Counted from the first letter of the stretch, positions 26,290 to 37,162 are shown. The stretch is 45,472 nucleotides of DNA from a bacterium (GCA_046757165.1 JBHHXT010000021.1:1-45472); one strand, 5' to 3'. Made by a program: numbers and translations. The notes: a model not told the origin generated them from the sequence alone.

Positions 26290-27299
26290 TGTAAGAATCT
26301 TATCATAGTCAAACGATTTCCCCGTTTCGGGTCAGGACGGTAGTCGAGCTGATCCATGGAGCGGCGAATAATGTACAGACCGAACCCACCCGTTTGTCTC
26401 CCATCCATTGCCGACAGGACGTCGTACTGTTTGTCCGAAAACCCCTCGAAGCCAGCGCCGTAGTCCTGAATGATAATCTTGAACATCTCGGAATTGTATT
26501 CGATCCAGACATCGATCCAGTTATCCGGATGGGAATGGTAAGCGTGCTCTATGACATTCAAGCAGGCCTCGTACACGGCAATCTTTGTTTTGCCAACATC
26601 CTTGAGGCTAAGCCCGGCTCTTTCAGCATAGCTGGTGACAAAATCACAGATCGAATACAGATTGCTCGTCACGCTCTTGACGCGCAGGTGGTTTCTTTCC
26701 CCTTTGCTCGTATCGACGCCTTCTGCCTCGGGTTCAGCCTCCTTCGGAATCACCGTCGGCCTATCCACCCGATCATGCAATTTCTCGATGAGCGGATCTT
26801 CAACGATGTCGACGCCGGACAATGGCGGGGCCAACGCGGCATTGCCCTTAGAGGCTCCCGTGGGAGTCAAACTGCCCATCCCGGACGTCGTGCCGCTTTC
26901 CACGGTTTCACCCGGGGCGGCCCGGTTTTCCGTGGGAGTCTGATCAAACTCCTGCAGAGCAGCCGTTTCGTCTTGCTCGAGAGAAAGGTAATTTCTCGCC
27001 GAAAAGGTGTTCAAATGTGCCAGGGTTTTGTTGCTCAGATTGAGAATCTTAACATCCCCATTTAGCCTGCGGGCACGCGAGGTCATTTCGACCAGCAACG
27101 CGATAAGAGAAGAGGATGGCAACTGAATGTCTTCAAGATCAACAACGAACTTCGACTCACCGTTTTTGAAGCAGGCCTCAAAGGTGTCCTTCAGCACATC
27201 AAATACAAACCTGGAATCTCTGATGCTGGCCAAAGGAATGCGGATGACATGCTCAAAACCGTCTATCCTTTCGTAGGCAACTTTTGGTGAATCCATCAC
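26286..27299 (-). CDS. STAS (anti-anti-sigma) + RsbW-like anti-sigma kinase fusion
   Basis: N-terminal STAS (VVDLEDIQLPSSSL...NGDVKILNL); C-terminal HATPase_c_2 (AVYEACLNVIEHAY, IQDYGAGF, GGFGLYIIRRSMD). Confidence 0.85.
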   Translation of the reverse strand: MMDSPKVAYERIDGFEHVIRIPLASIRDSRFVFDVLKDTFEACFKNGESKFVVDLEDIQLPSSSLIALLVEMTSRARRLNGDVKILNLSNKTLAHLNTFSARNYLSLEQDETAALQEFDQTPTENRAAPGETVESGTTSGMGSLTPTGASKGNAALAPPLSGVDIVEDPLIEKLHDRVDRPTVIPKEAEPEAEGVDTSKGERNHLRVKSVTSNLYSICDFVTSYAERAGLSLKDVGKTKIAVYEACLNVIEHAYHSHPDNWIDVWIEYNSEMFKIIIQDYGAGFEGFSDKQYDVLSAMDGRQTGGFGLYIIRRSMDQLDYRPDPKRGNRLTMIRFLQ

Positions 27300-27369
27300 T
27301 CAAGTCTCAAGGCTGCTTGAAGTGGGGTTACTTGAATTTACTAATTCAGTCAAAACTAGCAACAGAATT

Positions 27370-29055
27370 CTACTCTGACCTGGCGGATTTCCGGATTTTG
27401 GTCTCTTCTTGTTCTTTCAGAACACGCCTGAGCACTTTGCCGATATTACTTTTCGGCAACGACTCTCGAAACTCAACCAGCCTGGGAACCTTGAAGGCCG
27501 CTAACTTTTGTTTGCAAAAACCAATGAGTTCTTCGCTCGTGAGCGATTGGCCAGGTTTACGAACAACGAACGCTTTAACGGTTTCACCGCGGTACTCATC
27601 AGGCACGCCGATCACAGCAGCTTCCAGAATCTTGGGATGTTCAAAGAGCACTTCCTCGATCTCACGCGGATAAATGTTAAACCCGCCGGCAATGATCATA
27701 TCCTTTTTGCGATCAACAATGTAGAAGTAGCCGTCCTCATCCATCCTGGCCATGTCGCCAGTATGAAGCCATCCATTTTGCAAGACCTGGCGGGTCTCAT
27801 CTTCCATCTTCCAGTAGCCCTGCATGACTTGCGGTCCATGAACAGCAAGCTCACCCACTTCACCGACAGCGAGGGGCTCTCTGGTAGCAGGGTGAACAAT
27901 CCGGGCCCGCGTCGAGGGTACCGGTATACCAATAGACCCCTCCTTGCGCATGCCCAGGAACGGGTTGATGTGAGTGACCGGGGAGGTCTCCGACAGGCCA
28001 TATCCTTCCACAAGTCTGCCGGCGGCGATCTTCTCGAAATGCCTCGCAACCTGTAACGGAAGGGCCGCGCCCCCGCTCATACATCCTTTGATAGAGGAAA
28101 GATCATACTTTTCTGCCTCGGGAAAATTGTTGATGGCCACATAAAGGGTTGGAACCCCTGGGAAAAGGGTCGCCCTCTCCTTTTGAACTGCGCTCAGCAG
28201 CACCTTCAGGTTTCTCGGGTCAGGAATCAAAACCATCGTGGATTTCAGATTGACAGCATGATGCAGACAAGCGGTCATGCCGTAGCTGTGAAAAAACGGC
28301 AAAGCAGAGAGCACCACCTCTTGCTTTTCTGCGACAGTCGTGTACCAGGCTCTGATCTGAAGGACATTGGCGACCAGATTTCGGTGTGTCAGGACGGCGC
28401 CTTTGGAAACACCTGTCGTCCCTCCAGTGTAGAGGAAAATTGCGATATCATCTGCTTGAACCTCGACCTCCGGCAGATCGTTCTGAAATTCTTCAGTCAG
28501 CAGATCTTCATAGAAATGAACGCCAGGCCCCCGCTCGACTTTGACCGAAGCGTTGCGTCCTCTGAGTGGCGAAAGGAGTTTTAGCAACGCTGGCAAGTGC
28601 TGCTGGACTCGTGTGACGATAATGTTTTTGAGACCTGTTTCCGCCTTGACATTCTGTATCACCGGCAACAGTCGGTCCAGCGTGATGATCGCACTGGCCC
28701 CACTGTTGTTGAGCTGATACTTTATTTCCCGTTCAACATAGAGCGGATTGGTCGGCACGATGGTGGCGCCAATTCTCATCAAGGCGAAATGAAAAACCAC
28801 ATATTGGGGAATATTGGGCAGCATAATCGCGACGCGATCTCCCGGTTTGACCTCCAGACGCAAGAGAGCTCGTGAGAACTGCGCCACCAACTGCCCCAAC
28901 TCCCGGTAGGTCAATTTCTTGCCGAAGTATGAAATTGCCACCCCCTCGGGATTGCCGGCCACGGCTGCATCAAACACGTGGAACATGGTCATGTCTGGCA
29001 CTTCTATGTCGTGCGGGACGTTCTCTTCATAGGAATTGAGCCAAGGTTTTTCCAT
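27370..29055 (-). CDS. fadD: Long-chain fatty acid--CoA ligase
   Basis: MEKPWL start, YTGGTTGVSKG, EGYGLSE, WLHTGD, DRKKDMII, LPKSNIGKVLRR. Confidence 0.92.
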   Translation of the reverse strand: MEKPWLNSYEENVPHDIEVPDMTMFHVFDAAVAGNPEGVAISYFGKKLTYRELGQLVAQFSRALLRLEVKPGDRVAIMLPNIPQYVVFHFALMRIGATIVPTNPLYVEREIKYQLNNSGASAIITLDRLLPVIQNVKAETGLKNIIVTRVQQHLPALLKLLSPLRGRNASVKVERGPGVHFYEDLLTEEFQNDLPEVEVQADDIAIFLYTGGTTGVSKGAVLTHRNLVANVLQIRAWYTTVAEKQEVVLSALPFFHSYGMTACLHHAVNLKSTMVLIPDPRNLKVLLSAVQKERATLFPGVPTLYVAINNFPEAEKYDLSSIKGCMSGGAALPLQVARHFEKIAAGRLVEGYGLSETSPVTHINPFLGMRKEGSIGIPVPSTRARIVHPATREPLAVGEVGELAVHGPQVMQGYWKMEDETRQVLQNGWLHTGDMARMDEDGYFYIVDRKKDMIIAGGFNIYPREIEEVLFEHPKILEAAVIGVPDEYRGETVKAFVVRKPGQSLTSEELIGFCKQKLAAFKVPRLVEFRESLPKSNIGKVLRRVLKEQEETKIRKSARSE

Positions 29056-29103
29056 ATTCTGATGAGGCGTGTGCGATGGATGAAAAAAAGACGAGCCTTA
29101 TTT

Positions 29104-29140
29104 AAAAAAAAACACCCATCTGGTGCAGATGGGCGTTTTT
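29104..29140 (-). terminator. Intrinsic terminator (possibly bidirectional) after the TPR gene
   Basis: Minus strand AACGCCCATCTG-CAC-CAGATGGGTGTT followed by a long T run. Confidence 0.85.
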
Positions 29141-29158
29141 GAAGTTTCCTCCGACATT

Positions 29159-30205
29159 TTAGTTGCCGCCGTATTTGTCACGGTTAACGATGAGATCAAT
29201 CTCGTAATCAGCGGTTCTCTTCCACTGCCTGTCCTTCTGTGCGATTTTGAAGTAGGCGATGGCCTGGTTATACCGCCCGAGATCCTTGCTGGCTTTACCG
29301 GCTTCGTAAGCGGCGGGCGCGTAGTTTTTCTTGTTCTTGAGCGCTTCGTCGGCAGCAGCCTTGGCTTTGGCAAAATTCCCCTGTTTGTTGTAGATGACCG
29401 CCTTGCGATAATGCGGAGATTCCCATTTTCTTCTCTTGGTGACTCCGATCGCTTTGTCGAGCGCGATGAGCGCCTCGTCGTACCGCTTGAGCTCGGTAAG
29501 GCTGACTCCCAGACTGTAGTGAGCCAAATCATAGTCTGGATTCAATTGAGTCGCTTTGGTGAAGTTTTGTGCCGCCATGTTGTAGTTCTTCTTTTTGTCG
29601 AGATAGGCCGCGCCAAGCTGGTAATAGGCTTTGTAGGAACCCGGGTTATTCTCGACGGCGCTCTGGTAGGTCTTAATGGCATTATCCACCTGACCCAGTT
29701 TGTTGTAGATTTTGCCCATCTCTACATAAGCGTTCGCATAGGCAGGATTCTGCGCGACACACCCTTTGTAGGCTTCGATGGCTGCGGTATACTTTCTCAT
29801 TTTGTTCAACGCCAGACCCTTGCCATAGTACGCCTGATAAAAGGTTGCGTCTGAGGAGGTCGCTTTGTCATAATACTCCACCGCTGTTTTGTACTGCCCG
29901 AGCTTGTAGGCGTTGTTACCGTCATTATAGGCTTTCCTGACGGCATTGATTTTTTTCATCGCATCGGCATCAGCCATCAACTTGGCATTGACATCCTTGA
30001 GCTGTTCGGCGAGCTGCTCGCGCTCCTTTTTTAGTTGTTCATACTCATCAGGAGTGGCGTTCGCCAGCCGTTTATCGATTTCATGTACTTTCCGAATTAT
30101 CTCCTGCTTTTGCTGATTCAGATCCTGAGCCATCAAGTTGACAGCAAAGAACAACACAACAGATACGACCGAGAGCCAGGTTAGAGAATTCTTCAAGATA
30201 CGCAT
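29159..30205 (-). CDS. Secreted coiled-coil + multi-TPR protein (~348 aa, start MRILKN)
   Basis: GGGAGGT RBS before ATG 30205, Sec signal ending LMAQ, about seven TPRs. Confidence 0.85.
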   Translation of the reverse strand: MRILKNSLTWLSVVSVVLFFAVNLMAQDLNQQKQEIIRKVHEIDKRLANATPDEYEQLKKEREQLAEQLKDVNAKLMADADAMKKINAVRKAYNDGNNAYKLGQYKTAVEYYDKATSSDATFYQAYYGKGLALNKMRKYTAAIEAYKGCVAQNPAYANAYVEMGKIYNKLGQVDNAIKTYQSAVENNPGSYKAYYQLGAAYLDKKKNYNMAAQNFTKATQLNPDYDLAHYSLGVSLTELKRYDEALIALDKAIGVTKRRKWESPHYRKAVIYNKQGNFAKAKAAADEALKNKKNYAPAAYEAGKASKDLGRYNQAIAYFKIAQKDRQWKRTADYEIDLIVNRDKYGGN

Positions 30206-30388
30206 ACAATACCTCCCATACTTGAGAATAATAGTTGTCAACGTCAAAGAATAGACTTTTTCAAATCTAGAATTTTCGCTTGCTAAATCCCGCGCCTTCT
30301 GCGGGACCTGTCCGGCTTGGATACTCACGTCCCGACTGTGGAATTCGCCCAGTGGAGATGGCCCTGCAAGCAGGAAAAGGTAAATATT

Positions 30389-30458
30389 CCACACGGATAA
30401 AGAACCAACGCGGATGTCTCAATCATAAGATTTTCCGTGTGGTTTTTTGATCTGCGTG
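30389..30458. repeat. CCACACGGA/ACGCGGAT inverted-repeat element
   Basis: CCACACGGA (30389-30397) pairs with TCCGTGTGG (30434-30442); ACGCGGAT (30408-30415) pairs with ATCTGCGT (30450-30457); related copy at 35366-35393. Confidence 0.6.
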
Positions 30459-30570
30459 GACCCAATATCGATAAAATTGTCGATTGGCGTTAAGCGCATC
30501 TTCAAAACGAAACACAGTCAATCGAGAAATGAAGCAGAATGGTGGTCTCAGATCATCTTGTTAGAGTCAG

Positions 30571-30653
30571 TGCCGAAGGGGGGATTCGAACCCCCATGGG
30601 TTGCCCCACACGGCCCTCAACCGTGCGTGTCTACCAAGTTCCACCACTTCGGC
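30571..30653 (-). tRNA. tRNA-Leu (anticodon GAG), CCA not encoded
   Basis: GCCGAAG acceptor stem, TGGTAGAC D-loop, CACGG-TTGAGGG-CCGTG anticodon arm, long variable arm, GGTTCGAATCC T-loop; usual position after secG. Confidence 0.95.
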
Positions 30654-30666
30654 GCCCTGTTTATCC

Positions 30667-31059
30667 TTACTGGCCGGAATCAGCAGGAGCCGGGGTGAGC
30701 GGCTCGGTTGTCTCCACAGGCAAAACATCCAGCGCATCATCCGCAGGTACAATGGGGACACTCGCAGGCAAGGATGATGCTCGCTTCTTCTGCTCCTGTT
30801 GCACCAGGCCGCCGCCATCTGTAGTGCCCCTGCTGAGCATTGAGATGAGGACAGAAAGCACCAAAAAGGCCGTCGCCAATCCCGTGGTGACGCGACTCAA
30901 AAAGGTCGCGGCTCCGCGGCCACCGAAGACCGCGCCCATATCTCCGCCGCCGCCCCCAAAAGCACCAGCGAGTCCCCCTCCCTTGCTCGATTGCAATAAA
31001 ATAACGATAATCAAACCACAACAAACGATAGTATAAAACGAAATTAACAGCCCATACAT
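30667..31059 (-). CDS. secG: Preprotein translocase subunit SecG
   Basis: ILLQSSKGGGLAGAFGG...FGGRGAATFLSRVT; two TM helices; follows tpiA. Confidence 0.95.
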   Translation of the reverse strand: MYGLLISFYTIVCCGLIIVILLQSSKGGGLAGAFGGGGGDMGAVFGGRGAATFLSRVTTGLATAFLVLSVLISMLSRGTTDGGGLVQQEQKKRASSLPASVPIVPADDALDVLPVETTEPLTPAPADSGQ

Positions 31060-31060
31060 A

Positions 31061-31831
31061 TTAGTTCACCGATTGTGCTATTTTCACGATTGTCGTAAAA
31101 CTGTCTGCATCCAGGCTTGCCCCACCCACCAACGCACCGTCTATGTTGTCCTGAGTCAGCAAAGACTCGGCGTTGGCCGGTTTGACGCTCCCCCCATACT
31201 GAATGCAAACCTGATTGGCAAATTCTACACTAAACAATTCTCCCAAAAGTTCCCGAATGAAGTAGTGCACTTCCTCTGCTTGCTCCGGCGTGGCATTCAC
31301 ACCGGTTCCGATTGCCCAAACCGGCTCGTAGGCAATCACCAGGTCACTTGCGTTTGTCAACTTCACCCGTGCCAGCCCGGCTCTCATCTGCTGTTCAACG
31401 ACGGCCCGAGTCTGGCCCGCTTGACGCTCTTGCAGTTTTTCCCCAATGCAGAAGATGCATCGCAATCCCCGCGCCAGTGCTTTGAGTACCTTTTTATTGA
31501 TGTCCCCATCGGTTTCGCCAAAAACGTGCCGGCGCTCGGAGTGACCGAGAATCACATAATCACACCCGGCGTCCAGCAGCATGCTGGCAGAAATCTCGCC
31601 GGTGAAGGCGCCCTCATCCTGCCAATGCATGTTTTGCCCCCCGACCTTGATTCTCGTTTCCTTCAGGATGTCCGAAACCGGCACCAAAGCCACTGCCGGA
31701 GGGCAGACAACCACGTCGACATTGTCAACATTGATCAATTTGACTCTTAGAGTTTTGGCCGTTGCCGCGGCCTCGGCTGGTGTTTTGTACATCTTCCAGT
31801 TGCCGCCGATGAGCACGCTTCGTTTGCTCAT
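31061..31831 (-). CDS. tpiA: Triosephosphate isomerase (start MSKRSV, 256 aa)
   Basis: GNWKM, GHSERR, AYEPVWAIGTG, YGGSVKP, GALVGGASL. Confidence 0.97.
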   Translation of the reverse strand: MSKRSVLIGGNWKMYKTPAEAAATAKTLRVKLINVDNVDVVVCPPAVALVPVSDILKETRIKVGGQNMHWQDEGAFTGEISASMLLDAGCDYVILGHSERRHVFGETDGDINKKVLKALARGLRCIFCIGEKLQERQAGQTRAVVEQQMRAGLARVKLTNASDLVIAYEPVWAIGTGVNATPEQAEEVHYFIRELLGELFSVEFANQVCIQYGGSVKPANAESLLTQDNIDGALVGGASLDADSFTTIVKIAQSVN

Positions 31832-31874
31832 TTGCTCGCCTTGAACCTCCCTATATCTCTCAAAAAGCCCCCGG

Positions 31875-32924
<1,050 letters not shown>

Positions 32925-33105
32925 TCAGTTGTAAATAGCGACGAATAGGTCGGGTTGCAAAAACCATCTTTACAACATCGGACGTCATCCCTGATTTGTA
33001 CACAAAAGTCTGTTTTTGTGATGAGACAAAGGGGAAGCCAGACAACTCTATTCATCCAAAAGAGACACATCCGAGCGCTGGTCTATCGTTTTCCAAAACG
33101 AAGCT

Positions 33106-33134
33106 AAGTTAAAAAATATTTAGGGAAATGTCAA
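33106..33134 (-). promoter_or_regulatory. sigma70-type promoter for the gap operon
   Basis: TTGACA-17 nt-TAACTT on the minus strand. Confidence 0.7.
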
Positions 33135-33153
33135 GCAGAAATTCGTGGCGAGG

Positions 33154-33855
33154 TCACGGGGTTTTGGCAGCGGTCACGGCCAAAACCCTGCCTGCGCCTG
33201 CTCGCAACAGAGCCCTGGCACAGCCACTGAGTGTCGCACCTGTGGTACAGACATCGTCCACGAGCAGGATGGTTTTCCCAACCACCGGCTCAGGGGCCCG
33301 GGTCTGAAATGCCCCATCCACGTTGCGCTGACGCTGCTCAGCATTGAGATTCGCCTGTGATTTCGTATTGCGGATGCGCATCAGCACCTTCGATTCGACA
33401 GGCACCTGGATCGACTGCGATATCGCGCGCGACAATATCGTGCTCTGATTGTAGCCGCGCTGGCGCATCCTGGTCTTGTGCAACGGCACAGGAACGATCA
33501 GATCTGATTGCACGTACTCTGGCTCCGCCAGGAGAAGCTGCGCCATTTCGCCGCCGATCTGGTCTCCAAGAGACTTCATGCCGGCATACTTGAAATCATG
33601 AATGACCTTCTGAACCTCATCCTCGAACGGCCACAGCGATACCAACTTCGACAGGCCATCCCGGTTTGCAAGATCTGCCGGGATTTCGCCTTTCTCCCGC
33701 AATCTGGGAAGTTCTCTCCAGCATCGAGTGCAGACATGTTGTTCATCTGGCGCAAGATGGGTTTTGCAGACCAGACAAAGTGGCGGGTAAACGAAGGCAA
33801 GCAGCGCCTCCACGAACGTCTTGACAAATTCGCGAAAGTAGGAAAAAGCAGCCAT
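33154..33855 (-). CDS. comF: ComF-family protein (zinc ribbon + PRTase fold)
   Basis: CLVC...CTRC, VPVPLH...RGYNQS, ILLVDDVCTTGATL. Confidence 0.9.
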   Translation of the reverse strand: MAAFSYFREFVKTFVEALLAFVYPPLCLVCKTHLAPDEQHVCTRCWRELPRLREKGEIPADLANRDGLSKLVSLWPFEDEVQKVIHDFKYAGMKSLGDQIGGEMAQLLLAEPEYVQSDLIVPVPLHKTRMRQRGYNQSTILSRAISQSIQVPVESKVLMRIRNTKSQANLNAEQRQRNVDGAFQTRAPEPVVGKTILLVDDVCTTGATLSGCARALLRAGAGRVLAVTAAKTP

Positions 33856-33867
33856 TGTTCCGGCCCA

Positions 33868-35193
33868 TCAATTCCCGCCAAAGTTCAAGGGCAGCACAAA
33901 GGTCAACTGGGGCTCCACGCGCCGCTGTGTCTCCAGCTCGCCGGTGATCTCATTGCGGCGAAACGTCCAGATATAGTCGGTAAAAAGGTAGAGATAGGCA
34001 TTGATCTGATAGCCGAGCCCGGCTCTCAGAATGGAACGCTCATTCAACGTGAACGCATCCGAGAAATCCTCGATTCCGGTTTTGTCGTAAACAGCACGGG
34101 CGGAGATGCGGGGCAGGGATTTGGAAAGCAGGGCAGCCACGTGCAGACGGCCACTATCGGCATGGCCATCGACGCGCTCGAACGTCCCGATCATTTTTAC
34201 GATGTTGAGGAAGTAGGCAAAAAACTCTCCATAAACGCCCCGCTCCGAGGTCGTCCGCAGGGCAAGAAGATCCGTCTTGCGCACGGCCACGGAGTCGCTG
34301 ATGCGAAATTTCTCCACCTCGTAAAATGGGTCGAAATAGGTGGGGAAAAACTCCTTGCCCAGAAACCGCCGTTCCAGCTTGGCTTGCAAGGAAAGCAGCC
34401 CCCCCAATCTCCACAGACCCAGCTCAACGCCTACCGCAGACCCGGATCCGAAGTCAAAGATTTTGGCGTGCTCGGCATAGAGGGAACTGAAGAAAGGCCC
34501 GGTGTTCAGCAGGGGGAGCTCCACATCCACTCCGGCGATGGTCACATCATCGTCGGTCGCCCCTGTTTCGTCGGGGTCCCGGTCGGTGACCAGGGTGGCG
34601 CCAAAGGTCAATTTCCTGAACAGAAGGGCAGAGGCCATCTCTCGGAGCGGCAACACGTACGCCCGGCCGCCGATGATCTCCAGGCGGTCATAATTGCTCA
34701 CCACGGTTTCCACGCCCCACTGTTTGAATTTCAGATCGAACTCCGAGCCGATCTTGCGGTTGTCATACTCGGCTTCGTTGGTGTAATAATTCATGATGAA
34801 CCCGTGCCCGAGACGCGCGCCGTCGAGCGTTCCGAGCCGGCCATATACGGGCGTGCGACGTTTGGTGCCATAGCGAAGATACCTCAGCACGCGGACATAA
34901 TCATAGGTCGTATCCCAGTCTTCATCACGGAGCTCACCGCTGCTGGTATTGAAACGCAGCGGGATATCCACCCCCAGACCCCACTGCCCCAACGTCAATT
35001 CCGTGCGCAGGTTGACCACATAGAAACTCTCATCCCCAATAAAAGCCAGGCCAGCGCCTCCCATAAAAATCCCGTCATCACGGACGCTGGCGCGACTGTT
35101 CCAGTTCCACTGGGCGTGCGCCGGCACGGTTGGCATGAGGTGCAAAACCAGGACAACGAGTAAGGGCGTAAAGGAACTCCGTTTACCAGCCAT
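33868..35193 (-). CDS. Hypothetical outer-membrane beta-barrel-like protein (~441 aa, start MAGKRS)
   Basis: AAGGAG RBS before 35193, signal peptide ending AHAQ, alternating amphipathic strands, LRYLRYG...LGHGFIMNYY motif. Confidence 0.7.
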   Translation of the reverse strand: MAGKRSSFTPLLVVLVLHLMPTVPAHAQWNWNSRASVRDDGIFMGGAGLAFIGDESFYVVNLRTELTLGQWGLGVDIPLRFNTSSGELRDEDWDTTYDYVRVLRYLRYGTKRRTPVYGRLGTLDGARLGHGFIMNYYTNEAEYDNRKIGSEFDLKFKQWGVETVVSNYDRLEIIGGRAYVLPLREMASALLFRKLTFGATLVTDRDPDETGATDDDVTIAGVDVELPLLNTGPFFSSLYAEHAKIFDFGSGSAVGVELGLWRLGGLLSLQAKLERRFLGKEFFPTYFDPFYEVEKFRISDSVAVRKTDLLALRTTSERGVYGEFFAYFLNIVKMIGTFERVDGHADSGRLHVAALLSKSLPRISARAVYDKTGIEDFSDAFTLNERSILRAGLGYQINAYLYLFTDYIWTFRRNEITGELETQRRVEPQLTFVLPLNFGGN

Positions 35194-35283
35194 CTTAGAC
35201 TCCTTCCACATAAATGATGAATCAATACGGCAGCCGACCGGGCGGCACGAAATATGCAGGTCTGGCTTGCACGAGCCAGAGGC

Positions 35284-35312
35284 AAAGTAGACAGGCCTGG
35301 ATAAAAAGTCAA
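35284..35312 (-). promoter_or_regulatory. sigma70-type promoter for OMP-comF
   Basis: TTGACT-17 nt-TACTTT on the minus strand; supports the 35193 start. Confidence 0.6.
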
Positions 35313-35365
35313 GTTGCATTATTGTAACCGCAGCCGGGTTATTTTCACGCCCAACCCCGCTATTG

Positions 35366-35393
35366 CACACGGATGAAAAAACCACACGGAAAA
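35366..35393 (+). repeat. 28-bp dispersed repeat, inverted copy of 30431-30458
   Basis: CACACGGATGAAAAAACCACACGGAAAA versus the reverse complement CACGCAGATCAAAAAACCACACGGAAAA (25/28 identical). Confidence 0.7.
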
Positions 35394-35493
35394 CGTAAAT
35401 CTTGTAACAATTCCATGAACAATTCAGATATGAGCTTCGGTTAGTCGATTAAAGTTGATTATTGTGCTCGCTCTGCTTACTTACATCTAAAAG

Positions 35494-37149
35494 ATGATGT
35501 TTGCGAGAAAAAACTTTTGGGGCGTGGCTGTTGTGGTGCTCACCGTGGCCATGATATTCTCCGGCTGCGACCTGCAATTCCACAGCGCCGAGACCACGGT
35601 CATCGACGGAGAGCCGATTCCTGTGACCCGTGATGCGGGTGCCAAAAGTAGTCCGGCCTGGTCGCCGGACGGGTCCCGTATTGCCTACTCGAAAGCCCTG
35701 TACATCACCCAATTCTTTCATTATCTGTTGGAAAGCGGAGAAGTGGTGGCAGTCGGCCGGCTGCAAAGTGAGATCGGCAGCTCGAAGTTCGACCTTTCCC
35801 CGGACCAGAGCAAGATCGTTTATCGGTCAAACTTGCGCGGCGGCCTGCGGGTTGCAGATATCGAGCAGGGCAATGAATTTTTGCTAACGCCAGAAACGGA
35901 GGGCGCCACTCTCCCGGCGTGGTCCCCGCAGGGAAACTGGATCGTCTACCAGGGCCTGAATCCCGAAACCAGTCGGCGGACTCTTTGGATCATCCCGGCG
36001 ACAGGCGGCACGGCAAGGGAGGTCACAACGCCGGAGGAAGATTACTGGGATCCGGCCTGGTCACCCGATGAGAGCAAACTCGTCTATACCGCACGAGGCG
36101 ACCTGGGGTATCCGCTCTGGATTCTCGACCTGGCCAGTGGTGAGAGCAGACAATTCACCCCCGATGGACATGTGAATATCGATCCAGCCTGGTCGCCGGA
36201 CGGCGGCTGGATCGCCTACGGCTCGGCCCGCCATGACACCGCTGCCATCTACCTGAAACCCGTGTCGGGAGGGCCAGAAGTCAAATTGTCCACCGCCTCC
36301 CGGGTCGCCGTCAACCCGGCGTGGGCGCCGGACGGCACCAGAGTTGCTTATTCGACCTCTGAAGGGGTTTGGGTCTCCTCCCTCGAGGGCGAGGTTTTGG
36401 CCAAGACGCCGATTCAGACGCTTTATCCAAAATGGTCGCCGGACGGCAACCTGCTCTTTCTCGAGGGCTCCGTTCTGTCGGCCATCATCGAGGTGATTTC
36501 ATTGCAGACAGACGCCATCACGCGGGTGACGCAGCCGGTGGACGAGCAATTCGATACACACCCGACCTGGTTTCCAGACGGACGCCGGCTTGCCTTTACC
36601 CGGCGCCATGGAGGAGTGAACAAGATCTGGCTGGCGGCGCTGGACAACGGCGAACGGCGTCCCCTGGTCAACTCATCGCACGCAGAAAACAACCCGGATA
36701 TCTCCCCGGACGGAGCCTGGCTGCTCTTCGATGACGCCTTGAACCCGATACTCTTTTCCTTGACCAGCAACGTATTGACGGATCTGTACGCCTTCACCGG
36801 AGGCGACCTGACGCATCCCGCATGGGGACCCGACGGCCTGAGCATGGTCTGTGTCGCTGGTGAAGGTCTCAGAACGTACACCACGGATTCAACGGTTGTG
36901 GTACAACAATCTGTCATCCCCGGCTCGTTCGCGAATCCAACGTGGTCGAACGTTCATCCGGTCTGGGGGGATAGAATCGCGGCGGATGACTTGGGTGGAA
37001 TTTACATCATGACGCCCGACGGTTCGGAGCGCGAGCTGGTCATCGTTCCCGGCCGCCAGCCAGACTGGTCGCCGGATGCAAGTGCGCTCGCCTATGTCCG
37101 TTCGGGTCAGGTTTATCGCATTTCCCTTTTCCACCCCTTTTCCAGATGA
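35494..37149 (+). CDS. PD40/TolB-like beta-propeller lipoprotein, copy 1
   Basis: FSGC lipobox; about 12 (P)AWSPDG-type repeats; no TolB N-terminal domain. Confidence 0.85.
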   Translation: MMFARKNFWGVAVVVLTVAMIFSGCDLQFHSAETTVIDGEPIPVTRDAGAKSSPAWSPDGSRIAYSKALYITQFFHYLLESGEVVAVGRLQSEIGSSKFDLSPDQSKIVYRSNLRGGLRVADIEQGNEFLLTPETEGATLPAWSPQGNWIVYQGLNPETSRRTLWIIPATGGTAREVTTPEEDYWDPAWSPDESKLVYTARGDLGYPLWILDLASGESRQFTPDGHVNIDPAWSPDGGWIAYGSARHDTAAIYLKPVSGGPEVKLSTASRVAVNPAWAPDGTRVAYSTSEGVWVSSLEGEVLAKTPIQTLYPKWSPDGNLLFLEGSVLSAIIEVISLQTDAITRVTQPVDEQFDTHPTWFPDGRRLAFTRRHGGVNKIWLAALDNGERRPLVNSSHAENNPDISPDGAWLLFDDALNPILFSLTSNVLTDLYAFTGGDLTHPAWGPDGLSMVCVAGEGLRTYTTDSTVVVQQSVIPGSFANPTWSNVHPVWGDRIAADDLGGIYIMTPDGSERELVIVPGRQPDWSPDASALAYVRSGQVYRISLFHPFSR

Positions 37150-37162
37150 GCCCGGGGGAGCT

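Noticed and set aside
30206..30394. N-terminal extension of the TPR ORF
   Set aside because: A strong RBS and signal peptide begin at 30205; the extension runs through intergenic repeats.
30571..30600. tRNA-Leu 3' end as an attachment site for an integrated element
   Set aside because: No duplicated tRNA 3' fragment and no integrase noticed in the window.
33508..35163. 551-aa plus-strand ORF
   Set aside because: Entirely antisense to the OMP and comF, which have a promoter, RBS and motifs; no recognisable domain.
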